The notes below the pieces were generated by a model, which did not search any database, had not been told where the DNA came from, and saw nothing but the letters and a program-made list of their open reading frames with translations. DNA of 63,890 bases, the filler included, from Aduncisulcus paluster (taxonomy: Eukaryota), in NCBI GenBank assembly GCA_024181965.1. It is 9 parts of 9 records of this genome, joined end to end, with 100 filler letters (N's around TTAATTAATTAA, not from the genome) between each part and the next. Parts side by side here need not be neighbours in the genome. Positions count along the whole stretch, not along the records: positions 1 to 20,126 come from BQXS01012273.1; 8 more parts are not named here. The stretch is one strand, 5' to 3'. Positions 1 to 11,530 of this stretch are shown piece by piece (positions within the stretch are counted from its first letter, which is position 1; each line of letters begins with the position of its first letter). Both the position numbers and the translations under genes were made by a program.

Positions 1-612
1 CTTAGTCACTCGACGTTCTCAATGAAAAGCGATAGATATTTCATGATTGATCAGTAACGGAAGAGAACATCAGTTCATCTTTTTGTCTTCTTTTATTGAT
101 GCCAAGATTTTCATCTTCTTTGGATTCGCCCCGTTTCAAGTCTGGCCCAATGTTTGATCGCCAAAGTGAAAATCCACAACCAAAAATTAGAGCAAAGAAT
201 GTTCAAAGAACGATTTCAAACTGAAAATGACTTAACCCTTTATTTTGGAATATAGAATGATGACACTCATGAATAGGATTGTATACGAGATATTTTTGAG
301 AGAGAAGTTCATAAACTTGGGAAATAGGATAATGAACTTGGAAAAAAATGATGAAATGACATAGTCAATGAGACGATGAATAGATACACAATATCTCTTC
401 TTTAAGTGGACTGGCTTAAATTCAATTAAATAACTTATTTAAGAATAAAATATGAGCATAATATGAATAGATTTAAAATAGAAATTATCTAAAAAGAAAC
501 AAAAAAAAATAAAACAATTATACCATAAAGAAATACGAATCAATGGAATGAACCATATAATCACTGATATCAAACTCAATATAATGTTACTTTCTTCACA
601 TTTTAAATTGAA

Positions 613-1482
613 TTATTCGGATAATATCTCTGTTTGCTTGTACGTTTTAATGCGAAGAGTCAATCGAGGACAACTCAACGGAACAGTTACAATAAGTGAT
701 AACAAAGAAAATATCGCAAGATATTCAAGCAAAGCAATGGCAGAAAAATAGAAATCGTCAGAGATGATCCCAGTGGCACTGTGAAAAACAGTGAGGAGGA
801 GAGAGATACAATCCATCACTAATGGGGCAATAAGAAAGCCTTTTCGCCATGAATAAAGCCGAGAGAAGTATTTTCTTTTCGCATGAGAATTGTGTGAAGG
901 CGTATTCAAAGTTGAAGACGAAATTCCTCCATCTTGATGGACTTCGAGTCTTCCTGGCAACAAATGAAACGAGTCGGATGGAGATAAAAACAATAATTGA
1001 AACCTTTTTTTGGTGTCATAAACAAAGTAGAAACCACAGATAAAACAAGTAACAGAAAAAAAAACCACAAACAACATGTGGAGGGAGCTATAATCAAAAT
1101 AGTAAAACACTCCAATGCTCATCAGAAACATCACACAAGAAAAAAATAATCCAACTAAAAGTCGAAATGTCGCATGAGATTGAATAATACCTTTATCAAC
1201 TGAGTCGAAAACAAGCACTATAGATGGTGTAATGATACAAGAGCTAACCATTGAAATCCCGACGGAAAATATAGTTATGGTTATAGGTTCGCCTGGGTAT
1301 GCTGTTTCACTGAGTGTAAACAGCGTCCACTTCCGTTCAGGATTCGAATCCTTATAAATCAAAAAATTTACAAATATTAAACATATAAATAACACGAATA
1401 TAATAATATATGTGCTTTGAATGTATTTAACAGATAAAATAATTTGTTTTGTCATTATATAGCGATGATGACAAAAAATCAA
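613..1482 (-). CDS. Hypothetical multi-pass membrane protein
   Basis: 289-aa ORF with several hydrophobic segments; no recognised motif; start uncertain. Confidence 0.4.
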   Translation of the reverse strand: MIFCHHRYIMTKQIILSVKYIQSTYIIIFVLFICLIFVNFLIYKDSNPERKWTLFTLSETAYPGEPITITIFSVGISMVSSCIITPSIVLVFDSVDKGIIQSHATFRLLVGLFFSCVMFLMSIGVFYYFDYSSLHMLFVVFFSVTCFICGFYFVYDTKKRFQLLFLSPSDSFHLLPGRLEVHQDGGISSSTLNTPSHNSHAKRKYFSRLYSWRKGFLIAPLVMDCISLLLTVFHSATGIISDDFYFSAIALLEYLAIFSLLSLIVTVPLSCPRLTLRIKTYKQTEILSE

Positions 1483-2032
1483 GATATTCTGGCATCACAA
1501 ATATTATTTATCCCCATTATAATTTAAATTATCATTAAACATCATTTAGTTATAATTTACACCATCTATTTGATTTCTATTCAATTTTTTCTCTCATATT
1601 TCGTCACAATCTAGATATCTGTTGATATCTACCTTGAATTGTAGTACAAATGAGTCTCACAATAGTCACATGTTATGTATGGATGGATCTGAATTTTATA
1701 TGCCTACTGAGAGCTATTCTAGAGTCATTCTCCATCAAATTGTTTTTCTTCATTCTCTGAGAGAAACTGGACTAAATTATTATCCACTTTTACTAACGAC
1801 TCCAATGGTAATCAATTATTTGCGTGGACAACTTTTATATTTTCTTATTGTGAATATTTGTGTTCTCGAGTAATAGTCTTCCGTTTTTCTCGTGTGAATC
1901 TGATCAAAATACAATCATGAATTACTTTATCAAATTTGTTGGATTAAATTTTTGATGTCTATTTTGTTATATAAGCCAAAAAAAAATCGGAATATGTTTT
2001 ATTAATGTTAGTATCTTCAACTGTTTTAAATA

Positions 2033-2104
2033 GCACTCTTAGTTCAGTGGTAGAATGTTCCCCTCCGGAGGGAAAGGTCGTGGGTTCAAGTCCCATAGAG
2101 TGCG
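2033..2104 (+). tRNA. tRNA-Arg (CCG)
   Basis: GCACTCT/AGAGTGC acceptor stem; D-arm AGTTCAGTGGTAGAAT; anticodon arm TTCCC-CTCCGGA-GGGAA; T-arm GGTTCAAGTCC. Confidence 0.93.
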
Positions 2105-2563
2105 AATTTTATCATATACTGTAGAATTGTTAGAATCGGGAATGTGGCATAGGGTAGTATGCCGGAATGATATTCATATCGATCAGATATAATAAATTGG
2201 CTCACCATTAGGTAGTTCTGTTATATTTAACCACAGGGAATTTTTTAAAAAATAGTCGCTTATTTTATTTTATTTTAGAGTTTTATTTTATTTTCCAAGT
2301 CGATTTCATTGTTTGTAGTTGCGTAACGCACCTTGGCAAAGAGAGACCGGAATGTTTCCGTAGAAAATAAAATCTGTATTGTAGGCTATAATTCCGATCT
2401 CCAGGGATGTACACCTGGTGGCCATTTCCTTTGAATCGAAAAATCGTCACGAGAGACGGTCTCTTGGTCACTCACACAATATTTTTGTAATTTACTCGTA
2501 TCAAATGATAAATAATAGGTAATTACAATTAACTTTCATGAATATTGCAAATTAGGCTTCAAT

Positions 2564-3481
2564 TCATTTTTCTAATTTTTGTTGTGCATCTTGTACAGAC
2601 ACAGTATCAAGACTTTGGATGAAGGAAACAAGAAATTCTTCTATTGTACTTAAGGCTAATTTTCCTGCAATGGCACAAATTTCAATAAGTTCTTTTTCTT
2701 TTGACCCTGTGAAAATCCCATTCTTTGAAGATAACTCAACGCTGGAGATTATTGGAATTGGAAGATCTTTCGATTTTCTTTCAAAGGTTCCAATTACATT
2801 ACAAATGCAATGGGCAGCTTCAATCTCAGTGCTTGAAGGGTCAACAAAGATGTGATCATTAATATCACACACAACGCCAACAATCGGACAGTTCCATGAG
2901 TTCGAAAATGAATGAAAACGACTGTGATATGGTGCTGACCGGGGGAAAGCTGGAGAGAGAGTGCCATTTGGATTAATTTTGAGTGTGGGAATACGACAAG
3001 ACAATAAAGCTGCTTTAACACCAAGAGATATGAACAAAATTAAATTATCATCAACCTTTTCATGGACAACAACATCAATATCAACTTTCCAAGCATGTTC
3101 CTTGCTCTCTAGGATGGCAAGATCCGAAGGAGTAAATGAACGTTTGAGTTCTCTCTCATATTTTGGAAATAATAATTTATCTGGCTTACTTTTATGGCTT
3201 GATTGTTGGAGAGATGATTTAAATCCCACATATTCTACTGAAAATCCAATTCTATCATCAAAAACATCATCTTCATCTATTGTAACAACTTCAAGTTTAA
3301 TTCCAACTGTAAGGCTCAATTTATCAATTGTAATGGCACAAGATCCATTGGCTTGAGGGATACATCCGATATTTAAAGAAATAGGCCTGATTGTATTTGG
3401 AGCTCTACCATCCTCTCGATATCCAAATGAAGCTAAGTGTTTAATATATGATTTTTCAGCATCCGAAATAAATTCTTCCAT
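2564..3481 (-). CDS. Exosome RNase PH-like core subunit (RRP42/RRP43/RRP45 family, best RRP42-like)
   Basis: N-terminal 'GYREDGRAPNTIRPI', 'QANGSC', 'VGIKLE', 'WKVDIDVVV', 'VDPSSTE' motifs. Confidence 0.85.
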   Translation of the reverse strand: MEEFISDAEKSYIKHLASFGYREDGRAPNTIRPISLNIGCIPQANGSCAITIDKLSLTVGIKLEVVTIDEDDVFDDRIGFSVEYVGFKSSLQQSSHKSKPDKLLFPKYERELKRSFTPSDLAILESKEHAWKVDIDVVVHEKVDDNLILFISLGVKAALLSCRIPTLKINPNGTLSPAFPRSAPYHSRFHSFSNSWNCPIVGVVCDINDHIFVDPSSTEIEAAHCICNVIGTFERKSKDLPIPIISSVELSSKNGIFTGSKEKELIEICAIAGKLALSTIEEFLVSFIQSLDTVSVQDAQQKLEK

Positions 3482-3620
3482 TATAATCCTTTGGCGGATT
3501 GTTGTTGCTCTACAAAAAAAAAGAAACCCTATTTCTCTATGAAACTCATTAAATTATTGTTTATAACCGCGATGAATTGATTTAATAACCATAAATTAAT
3601 GTGATTTTTGTTTCTAAAGA

Positions 3621-5810
3621 ATGCAAAATATTTTCCTATTTGGATGGAGCAAAATAATCACTTTTTTCCTTGGATTTCTGGTGGTTATTGTTGTTTTTGA
3701 CATGATTTTTGATGTTATAGAAACTGTTATTTCAAGAAAGCTATCTACTTCGTATTTCCCACAGACTCTTTATGGATTGGACGAAGCTTTTAGCAAAGCG
3801 CGTAATCTTTTTCAATCTGTCATTGTGGATCATAAATCAACAAGTTTCAAGATTATAGGTCCCTCTGGAAGTGGAAAAACGGCAATAATAGAACATGCTC
3901 TGAGAACTACACATATTTTGTTTCCTGATAGTCCTTTTCTGGTTTGTCGAATCCCATGTGATAACAAATCAATCACTCCAAATATAGCCATGAGAAATAT
4001 ATGTGAGATATGTGGCTGTTCTGTCTCTCCTTCCACTTCTGACACAATGCTTCGTTCAATTCTCCAAGCGGCTTTACTTGATAAGAATGCCATTCCTCTT
4101 ATTATTATTCTCGATTCGTTTGATTACCTCTCCAAAACTTCAACTGGACAGTACTTTGCATATGAATTGGTGAACATGCTCCATGATCCTTCCATTATGG
4201 CATGTGTCGTTGCTGTATGTGAGAATACAATGATCTCTGATGAGCTTGAGAGACGTACAGAGAGCAGATTTACTGGAAGACCGATATTAACCATTCCTAA
4301 ATTTGATATCGATAAATCTGACATTTCATCTTCAAAAGATTCTGCCTCAGATTACGCTCTTTCTATTATACCCGACTATGATTCTATTCCACTGAAACGA
4401 CACCATTCATCAACAATTCCATCGGACTCTATTCAGCCACTCACAAAAGAAAGTGAGAGGGATGGTGGTGAAACAAATAACAGTGATCATGATGATGAAA
4501 AATATTCTCTTGGATTGCCCAGTTCTGAAATGACTCTCTCAAGCTCTGAACTCTTCTCTCTTCGCATTGGATGTCCTGCATTGGTGTCAAGATGCCTCTT
4601 GACAAAGACAGAATGTGCTATTATTCTGCAGAAGTGCATGGCTGATGTAAAATCGGTGGGTGATACATTTTCTTCAAAGCGAAGGTCATCGAAGACGATT
4701 GAGACAGCTATAGAAACCCTGTTTTCATGTTGGAATGCATCAATTTGTGACTTCTTTGGCGTGTCTCACCAAGTTTATCAACCGCATATTCTCATTTCTT
4801 CAGAATCATCAAAGAAATCAAATAGAGGAAGCAAGAAGAAGGGAAAAGGAGGAAGCAGAGGTACTAGGAGTTCTTCAAAGAAATGCCCATTTTCTACTAA
4901 TAGAGTTGAATATACAACGTCTGGTTCAATCATGGATGAAATAGTTGTTAAATTATCTACTAAGACTCCATTAGCGTCTGGCGTTGAGTTATTATGTCAG
5001 TTCTGTGAAGTTGGAGAGGAATCAGTTGGTAAATTCCTTCATCTTGGTGGATGTTTTGTCCGAAAGATATTTTCTTCTCTCCGACATCATATTGTACTTG
5101 GTCCTATCATAGACACAGCTGTTTGTGCTTCTGAGCATGATCGTTGCTCTGAACTGAAGTTTTTACTTGAAAGAAATGATAGTATTCCCACCCTTTTCTC
5201 TCCTTCTGTTCTCCTATCTTCTTTATCATCCGCAATCGTTTCGTTGACTTCTTTCCCTCCTTCTTCTATATCTTCATTACTGTTCCACCTTTCTTCTTTC
5301 CAACTTATTGTCTTGATTGTCGTTTGTAAACTGGAATATGGTCCAATATTATTGCAGGAAGCTGCTTCACCACTTTCAACATCTATTTTTGGAAATGAGA
5401 AGGATCAATATACACCCTCACTTGGATCTTTCCATTCTTCACATCATTCGATAGGTTCTCCCCTCATTTCCACTGTAATATCTCAAATTGGGCTGGTTCT
5501 CTCCACCATCCAAGGAATTCATGTTGAAAGCAAGATTTATCAGGGAAAAAAAGATGAAATGCCCCCTAAATGGTGTTCAGAAGCTCTTATATTGACGACA
5601 ATTGAAGAGTTGGTTGATTTGGGCTTTTTAGTGGGGAATATTGAGGAAAGGAGAATGGATCAGAAAATTAGAGAATTGGAGGGGAGCAAGCAGATTGGCT
5701 CTGTTAAGAGTAGGAATTCAATTTCTTCGATCCTTCCTCCCCAAGTATTGGCGCAATATCTCTCACATGATAAAAATAGACCACACTGGATGACTATTGT
5801 TGGAGAGTGA
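3621..5810 (+). CDS. ORC4: Origin recognition complex subunit 4-like AAA+ protein
   Basis: Walker A GPSGSGKT; Walker-B-like IIILDSFD; QYFAYELVN and LERRTESRF resemble the Orc4 QTLLYNLFD and LEKRVKSRF motifs; start may be the later MIFDVIE. Confidence 0.65.
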   Translation: MQNIFLFGWSKIITFFLGFLVVIVVFDMIFDVIETVISRKLSTSYFPQTLYGLDEAFSKARNLFQSVIVDHKSTSFKIIGPSGSGKTAIIEHALRTTHILFPDSPFLVCRIPCDNKSITPNIAMRNICEICGCSVSPSTSDTMLRSILQAALLDKNAIPLIIILDSFDYLSKTSTGQYFAYELVNMLHDPSIMACVVAVCENTMISDELERRTESRFTGRPILTIPKFDIDKSDISSSKDSASDYALSIIPDYDSIPLKRHHSSTIPSDSIQPLTKESERDGGETNNSDHDDEKYSLGLPSSEMTLSSSELFSLRIGCPALVSRCLLTKTECAIILQKCMADVKSVGDTFSSKRRSSKTIETAIETLFSCWNASICDFFGVSHQVYQPHILISSESSKKSNRGSKKKGKGGSRGTRSSSKKCPFSTNRVEYTTSGSIMDEIVVKLSTKTPLASGVELLCQFCEVGEESVGKFLHLGGCFVRKIFSSLRHHIVLGPIIDTAVCASEHDRCSELKFLLERNDSIPTLFSPSVLLSSLSSAIVSLTSFPPSSISSLLFHLSSFQLIVLIVVCKLEYGPILLQEAASPLSTSIFGNEKDQYTPSLGSFHSSHHSIGSPLISTVISQIGLVLSTIQGIHVESKIYQGKKDEMPPKWCSEALILTTIEELVDLGFLVGNIEERRMDQKIRELEGSKQIGSVKSRNSISSILPPQVLAQYLSHDKNRPHWMTIVGE

Positions 5811-6066
5811 ATAAGGAAATGATGATCTTATAGAATCTATATTTATTGAACAAGAACATCAAGAATATGTCAGCATTTCTGGTGAGATTATGATACTAAA
5901 TGATGTTTTGTTTTGGCTGAGGTCGATGGACCTTTCTCAGGGGCTCAGATTATCGTCTCTCCAGATGTCAAGATCGTTAAGAAATGCACTATCCACATTG
6001 TATTGATGGATCTGAGATTGAATAGAAATATTGATTATTCGGCATGAAATAGAAATTTCCTTGATC

Positions 6067-6828
6067 TTATTCACAAACCATTTGCGTCCATGTAATAATG
6101 GTTTCGTTTGAAATGGGCTCATTGAAAGAAACAATTTCACCATCCTTTCCGGGTTTAATTCCAACCAACAAAGTTTTGCTCGGGGTGTCGATTTTGAGAG
6201 TTGAAGCCACTTCAGATTTGTCCATCACTTCATCAGAAATGAAAGCTAAAGCTATGTTATGGTTTCCTTTGCTTTTCCTTGCAATATTTTCAACTGTTTT
6301 ATATAAGATTGGTGGATTTTTCTTTGTTGAATGGAGAATAAATCTAAGTTCGTTGTCGTGTGATTTCATCCATCCTAATAATTCTTTTTCAGATTTAATT
6401 TTGACAATGCGAGACTCATAAGAGGAAATTGCAAATCTTACGAAGCTTTTAGCATCTCTATTTCCATTGTACGCAGTAAAACGAGCTGTGGATGGACTAA
6501 AATATTTGACGGTAGGAAATCCAGAAACATCCTGCTGGCTGCATACAGATCTATTTTCTTGCTTTGTGCAATCAACTGCTCCGAATTTTATGAGACCTTT
6601 CGTCATATTGCTGGCCTCGTTGAAAGCACTGGTCATGTTTCTACAATGGGGACAAGTGGGTGAAAAAAATACAAGCATCCAATAATCATCTCCATTTGTA
6701 ACTTTTTTGGGGAAATTGCTTCCATTTAAGGGAACAACGGAGGCGGAGACCAGGGAGAAAACTACCACAAAAATAAAAAGGAATACAATGGATCTATTCA
6801 TAAGTTTGGTAGGAAAAGCAATCTTCAT
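6067..6828 (-). CDS. Protein disulfide isomerase/thioredoxin-domain protein with signal peptide (PDIA6/MPD1-like)
   Basis: Hydrophobic N-terminus; FFSPTCPHC active site; GAVDC, VSGFPTVKYF, YNGNRDA. Confidence 0.85.
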   Translation of the reverse strand: MKIAFPTKLMNRSIVFLFIFVVVFSLVSASVVPLNGSNFPKKVTNGDDYWMLVFFSPTCPHCRNMTSAFNEASNMTKGLIKFGAVDCTKQENRSVCSQQDVSGFPTVKYFSPSTARFTAYNGNRDAKSFVRFAISSYESRIVKIKSEKELLGWMKSHDNELRFILHSTKKNPPILYKTVENIARKSKGNHNIALAFISDEVMDKSEVASTLKIDTPSKTLLVGIKPGKDGEIVSFNEPISNETIITWTQMVCE

Positions 6829-7143
6829 CTCTTATCAGAGAAATTAAGCGGAAAAAAGGAAAAAGAGTGCAAACAAAACATCGGATATGACATGATCCAG
6901 TTTTCAATCTTTGTACATTCAATCCGCCACAATATTCGTTTGGAAAGTAAATTTATTTTATTATAATTTTTTTGTTTTTATTTGATGGATTCATAATATA
7001 TTGATCTACCGTCCGAACTCAACAAAGAAACAAAAATCTTCATGGAACACGAAAATGCAATTTATTGGATGCAATTCTTCAATTCAAATTATTATTATCA
7101 TTATTGGTATGAAGATCATTAATCAGTCATTATTTGAAGGACA

Positions 7144-9119
7144 TCACATAGATCCTTTGGCCAAACATCTTTGAAGAGCCATTAAAACCTGCTTTGTTAA
7201 CTCTTCTGTAAGAGAATAAAATGATTCCTCGTCTTCATTTTCTGCGACGATCTCTTTAACATCGGGCTTCTCCATTTCTTCTTTCTTAACACTCAACTGA
7301 ATGAGTCTCAGCAACTCAGCTTTTGCTTCAGGAATGACATGTGACAAAACATCCTTTCCACGGGGGTGGCTGGCAACATACATTCCAATATCATGGGCAG
7401 CAATTGCACGAGTGGAAGGAACTGCCGTGCGATCGCACAATAATTCATTCAATAAACGCAGCATTGCAAATCCATCACTATCGAACTGACCAATGTGCTC
7501 TCTCCAAAACTCCACAGAGGTATGAGAGGGAGTCCAGGACAGGATACCACTCTCAATCTCTTCTTTATACACCTCCCAGGTACCCATCTTTTGCTCTTCT
7601 TCTTCAAGCCACATGTTTAACTTCCTCACACGGTCGCCCAGATCCTTATCCACAAACGTCCGAAGAGTGAGACTCAGCATGGTCCTTCTCAACTGTCCAT
7701 CGCATGCATTGACAAGACATCTTCCTGAGTTCACATCTCCTCTCAAGTTCACGAGAATCAGGGTTGCAATATCGAGAATTAGCTCATGAGGAGTGCGTGC
7801 CATCAAAGACTGAAGTCCAGAGAGGAAGTCTGAGTTCTTTAAGAGCTCAGAGGATCCCTCTGAAGTGTATGATAACAACCAGACAACATACATGACCTCG
7901 AACAAGCAGGTGTAGAGCGGGGTATGGGCAAGAGTGTACATGAATGAGGAGAAGGATGATGATGGATCTGTGCTAAGGGCCTCTTCAAGTAATTTTTCAG
8001 CAAAGGCAGTGAGGGGAAGAGGCTTTTGGGATGGATGCTCAGCACCCATAGGGGGACGAGGGAATCTCTGCACTTCAAGTCCATCTTTGTCGGAGGAAGA
8101 AGGGGAGGAAATGGCGGAAGAGGTTGAAGAAGGAGATTTAGAATCAGGAGCAGCTGTAAGGGCTGGGTTTGATGGAGTCATGGCTGGATTCGAGGGAGTC
8201 AGAGCCGGATTTCCATGTGTTTTCTTTCTTGAAGTAGATTGTGTCATTTGACTCAAATACTGATCAACTATTTTCCACATAACGGAACAAAGGCAAACGA
8301 TTCCATTTATGGCCATAAAACGGATCTTGCTTTCTTTTGAAGCTAATATATGATGTAATGCGATAATGACGGCAAGAATACGAATAATGTTACCGCTATC
8401 TTTAGTACCAACTCCCAATTCTGGAGAAACGGCCACAGAACTGGCAGTGGGAGAGACCATTACATCTTCAGTTTCATCACTTGTATGAAGGGAGACGCCA
8501 CTCCCAGGGGAGACACCAATAAGGGTTGGGTCAGCATAATATCTAAGTCTACTGATGCATATATGCAAAAATTCTTCCTTACACTTGGATATAGCAGGCA
8601 ATCCTGGATGGGCTGATGTCTTCTCAAATAGAACGGAGGTAAGCATGTTATCATGTTCTTTAAGAGTTTTGGCAATAATTTCAAAGCATAAATATTCAGA
8701 AATAGGTTCTGAAAATCCACGGCCAGAATGCTTTACGAGGTGGGAAATGAAATTACTTTTGGGTTTAGTTTGATATGGATTATGATCGCCAGTACCCTCT
8801 AATAATTCAAAAGCACTTTGGTTCATTTGCTGACGTAAAAGAATAATACTAAATCTTGGTACATCATTCAGAGCTCTGGCCAAAAGTAAGAAAATGGGCT
8901 GAATAATTTCAATTGAGCACTCCGAATCGATTGTTTTGGTACAATGGTTTAAAAATTCTTCAACGGCCTAAAAAAAAATAAATAGGAAAGTGGTAAGATA
9001 AGAGAATACAACATGTCGAAACAAGATAAATTAAAATCTATACATACCTCGTCGTCTTCCATGTCACCCAGGAATTCATCGTGATTTTCCCAATAATCCT
9101 TAACAATTCCTTCTATCAT
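7144..9119 (-). CDS. ATP6V1H: V-type ATPase subunit H (intron 8968-9047; 5' end tentative)
   Basis: C-terminal 'YKEEIESGILSWTPSHTSVEFWREH', 'AIAAHDIGMYV' and 'LMALQR' motifs; an in-frame upstream exon is joined through a GTATGT..TAG intron. Confidence 0.8.
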
Positions 9120-9459
9120 AGCACTGAGTGTGAAACAAAAGTGTGTTTTCCTTTGCTTTCGAGTGTATTGTATCCGAGCTTTATATAGTTATAATTTTGG
9201 ATATTTATTTATTATTATTTTTTAATTGGGGGTAAATTGTTTTATTTTTCCAGTATATCATGCTCTGCATTTGCCGATACTTTGTTGCCGCAGCTATTGG
9301 GATCATTCCTTAATGAGCACAATAAAAACTTATACACAATGAACATATTTTCGGTTTCTTTTGCAAATGCTTATTTGGTGCCAATCTAAGAATCGACAAA
9401 AAAGTTGGGCTTGTTTTGCTAGAAATAGTCATATAGAAAGCTTTATTTTATATATTATA

Positions 9460-11037
9460 ATGTCTGATAAAAAAAGTAAGAAAGTTGTGAAGTTTAGATC
9501 GCATTTTGCAAATACTATTAGAGATGTTATGAAATCATATCCTGGATGGGTTGAAACGCTTGGATCCGACTGGGATTTCATTTGGAGTGGAGTTGAATGG
9601 ATAAGGGAGCATTTTGATTCCGTTCGTTTTCTTCCCCATCAACGTGTTAATCATTTTAGAAATCATTATGAAATTAGTCGAAAAGATCACATGGTAAAGA
9701 ATATTAAACGAATGCAAAAGGCATTACAAAAGGCCGGAAAGCCAGAACAACATGATTTTTCGTTCTACCCAGCTACTTTTGTCCTTCCAAAAGATTATTC
9801 TCTTCTTGTCGAAGAATATCGTAAGTCTAAAGGTGACGTTTGGATTATGAAACCTGTTGGAAGGGCGCAAGGGAAAGGTATTTTTTTGTTCTCGAAAATA
9901 TCTGCCATTTCTGCGTGGAAACGAGATCTTCATTGGGATCCTACACCCAAGTCTTCCGACACTCCAACATATGTCTGTCAAAAATACCTTGCAAACCCAT
10001 TATTGGTTGGAGGACGTAAGTTTGATCTGCGTATTTATGTTCTTGTCACATCATATTCACCATTAACCGTTTGGTTGTGTCGAACAGGTTTTGGACGGTT
10101 CAGTTACCATCGGTATACTACTGACAAAGCTTCTCTCTCTTCGGTGAGTGTTCATTTAACGAACGTTGCAATTCAGAAAAAAGATAGTGCCTATCGTGAC
10201 GATTTAGCTGGAAGTAAGTGGGATCTGAAGACTGTCCGACACTATGTCACAAATCGTTTTGGCCGTGTTCAAGCGGATAAACTCTTTGTTGAGATGGAAA
10301 AACTTATTATTCGATCATTACAGAGTGTGTCGAAGATAATTGTCCAGGATAATCACTGTTTTGAACTGTATGGATATGATGTCTTGATCGATGCTGATCT
10401 TAAGCCGTGGTTAATTGAAATCAACGCCAGTCCAAGTCTCACTGCAGATACAAAGGGGGACTATAAACTCAAGGAAGCAATGCTCCATGATATGATCACT
10501 GTGGTTGATATGTTTGGGGAGCTTCCAGCTGATGTTGAGGAGGTCGGTTGTTGGGATTTGATATACGACGAAAAGAAAGCTCTTGGAGGCACCCAAGGAA
10601 AGAGTGACATTCGTGTGCGGGGTAGAGAAATGTTAGATCTCAATTGTGGATGGATTAGACGAGNNNNNNNNNNNNNNNNNNNNGATCTTAAGCCGTGGTT
10701 AATTGAAATCAACGCCAGTCCAAGTCTCACTGCAGATACAAAGGGGGACTATAAACTCAAGGAAGCAATGCTCCATGATATGATCACTGTGGTTGATATG
10801 TTTGGGGAGCTTCCAGCTGATGTTGAGGAGGTCGGTTGTTGGGATTTGATATACGACGAAAAGAAAGCTCTTGGAGGCACCCAAGGAAAGAGTGACATTC
10901 GTGTGCGGGGTAGAGAAATGTTAGATCTCAATTGTGGATGGATTAGACGAGGAATTTCTTTCCTTGGTTGTGATGACGATAGAGCAAGGCGGTTGAGACA
11001 ACTCGAAAAGAAAATTGCAAGTTCAAAGATGAAGTAA
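9460..11037 (+). CDS. TTLL9: Tubulin polyglutamylase TTLL9-like (3' part duplicated across the N-gap)
   Basis: QRVNHFRNHYEISRKDHMVKN, WIMKPVGRAQGKGIFL, RKFDLRIYVLV, HLTNVAIQK, CFELYGYD, PWLIEINASPS. Confidence 0.85.
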   Translation: MSDKKSKKVVKFRSHFANTIRDVMKSYPGWVETLGSDWDFIWSGVEWIREHFDSVRFLPHQRVNHFRNHYEISRKDHMVKNIKRMQKALQKAGKPEQHDFSFYPATFVLPKDYSLLVEEYRKSKGDVWIMKPVGRAQGKGIFLFSKISAISAWKRDLHWDPTPKSSDTPTYVCQKYLANPLLVGGRKFDLRIYVLVTSYSPLTVWLCRTGFGRFSYHRYTTDKASLSSVSVHLTNVAIQKKDSAYRDDLAGSKWDLKTVRHYVTNRFGRVQADKLFVEMEKLIIRSLQSVSKIIVQDNHCFELYGYDVLIDADLKPWLIEINASPSLTADTKGDYKLKEAMLHDMITVVDMFGELPADVEEVGCWDLIYDEKKALGGTQGKSDIRVRGREMLDLNCGWIRRXXXXXXXDLKPWLIEINASPSLTADTKGDYKLKEAMLHDMITVVDMFGELPADVEEVGCWDLIYDEKKALGGTQGKSDIRVRGREMLDLNCGWIRRGISFLGCDDDRARRLRQLEKKIASSKMK

Positions 11038-11349
11038 TCTTTCCTATTCGTTATATATTAGTTTTGCTTCTCAATTCAACTTTTTATTCACAGAAATTTG
11101 ATCCCAACTTATTTATTTCTATTGGATTTTGTCTTTATTTTCAAATTAAATTCAATGGTACGTGTTTTATTTGCCTCCTTATATTGATGGAGTTGGATAT
11201 TTCTGATGATCAGTAATCCAAGAGAATCGAATTGATATATTGAATATATATCATAATACTGTCATAAATAAATTCAACGAAGTCATATATATATGAATAA
11301 TAGAATGAAATTGCCGTTGTTTGCCAGGCTATAAAGAAATTAGACAAAT

Positions 11350-11422
11350 CGCCCACCGTGGGGCTCGAACCCACGACCGTTCGGTTAAGAGCCGAACGCT
11401 CTACCGACTGAGCTAGGTAGGC
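11350..11422 (-). tRNA. tRNA-Lys (CTT)
   Basis: Reverse complement GCCTACCTAGCTCAGTCGGTAGAGCGTTCGG-CTCTTAA-CCGAACGGTCGTGGGTTCGAGCCCCACGGTGGGCG forms a full cloverleaf. Confidence 0.95.
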
Positions 11423-11530
11423 GTTATAAAGAAAAAATTAGATAATTGATTCTTAATTTGGAAAATCCAGTTCAAAATAGCCTCGAATATTGATTTTTTG
11501 AAACATTTCAATAATTCTAGTTGATACAAA

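Noticed and set aside
10394..10951. Exact ~270-nt direct repeats flanking 20-N gaps (also around 12981, 15877, 50454, 52520 and 60260)
   Set aside because: Each repeat pair straddles a gap: unmerged overlapping contig ends, not biological duplications
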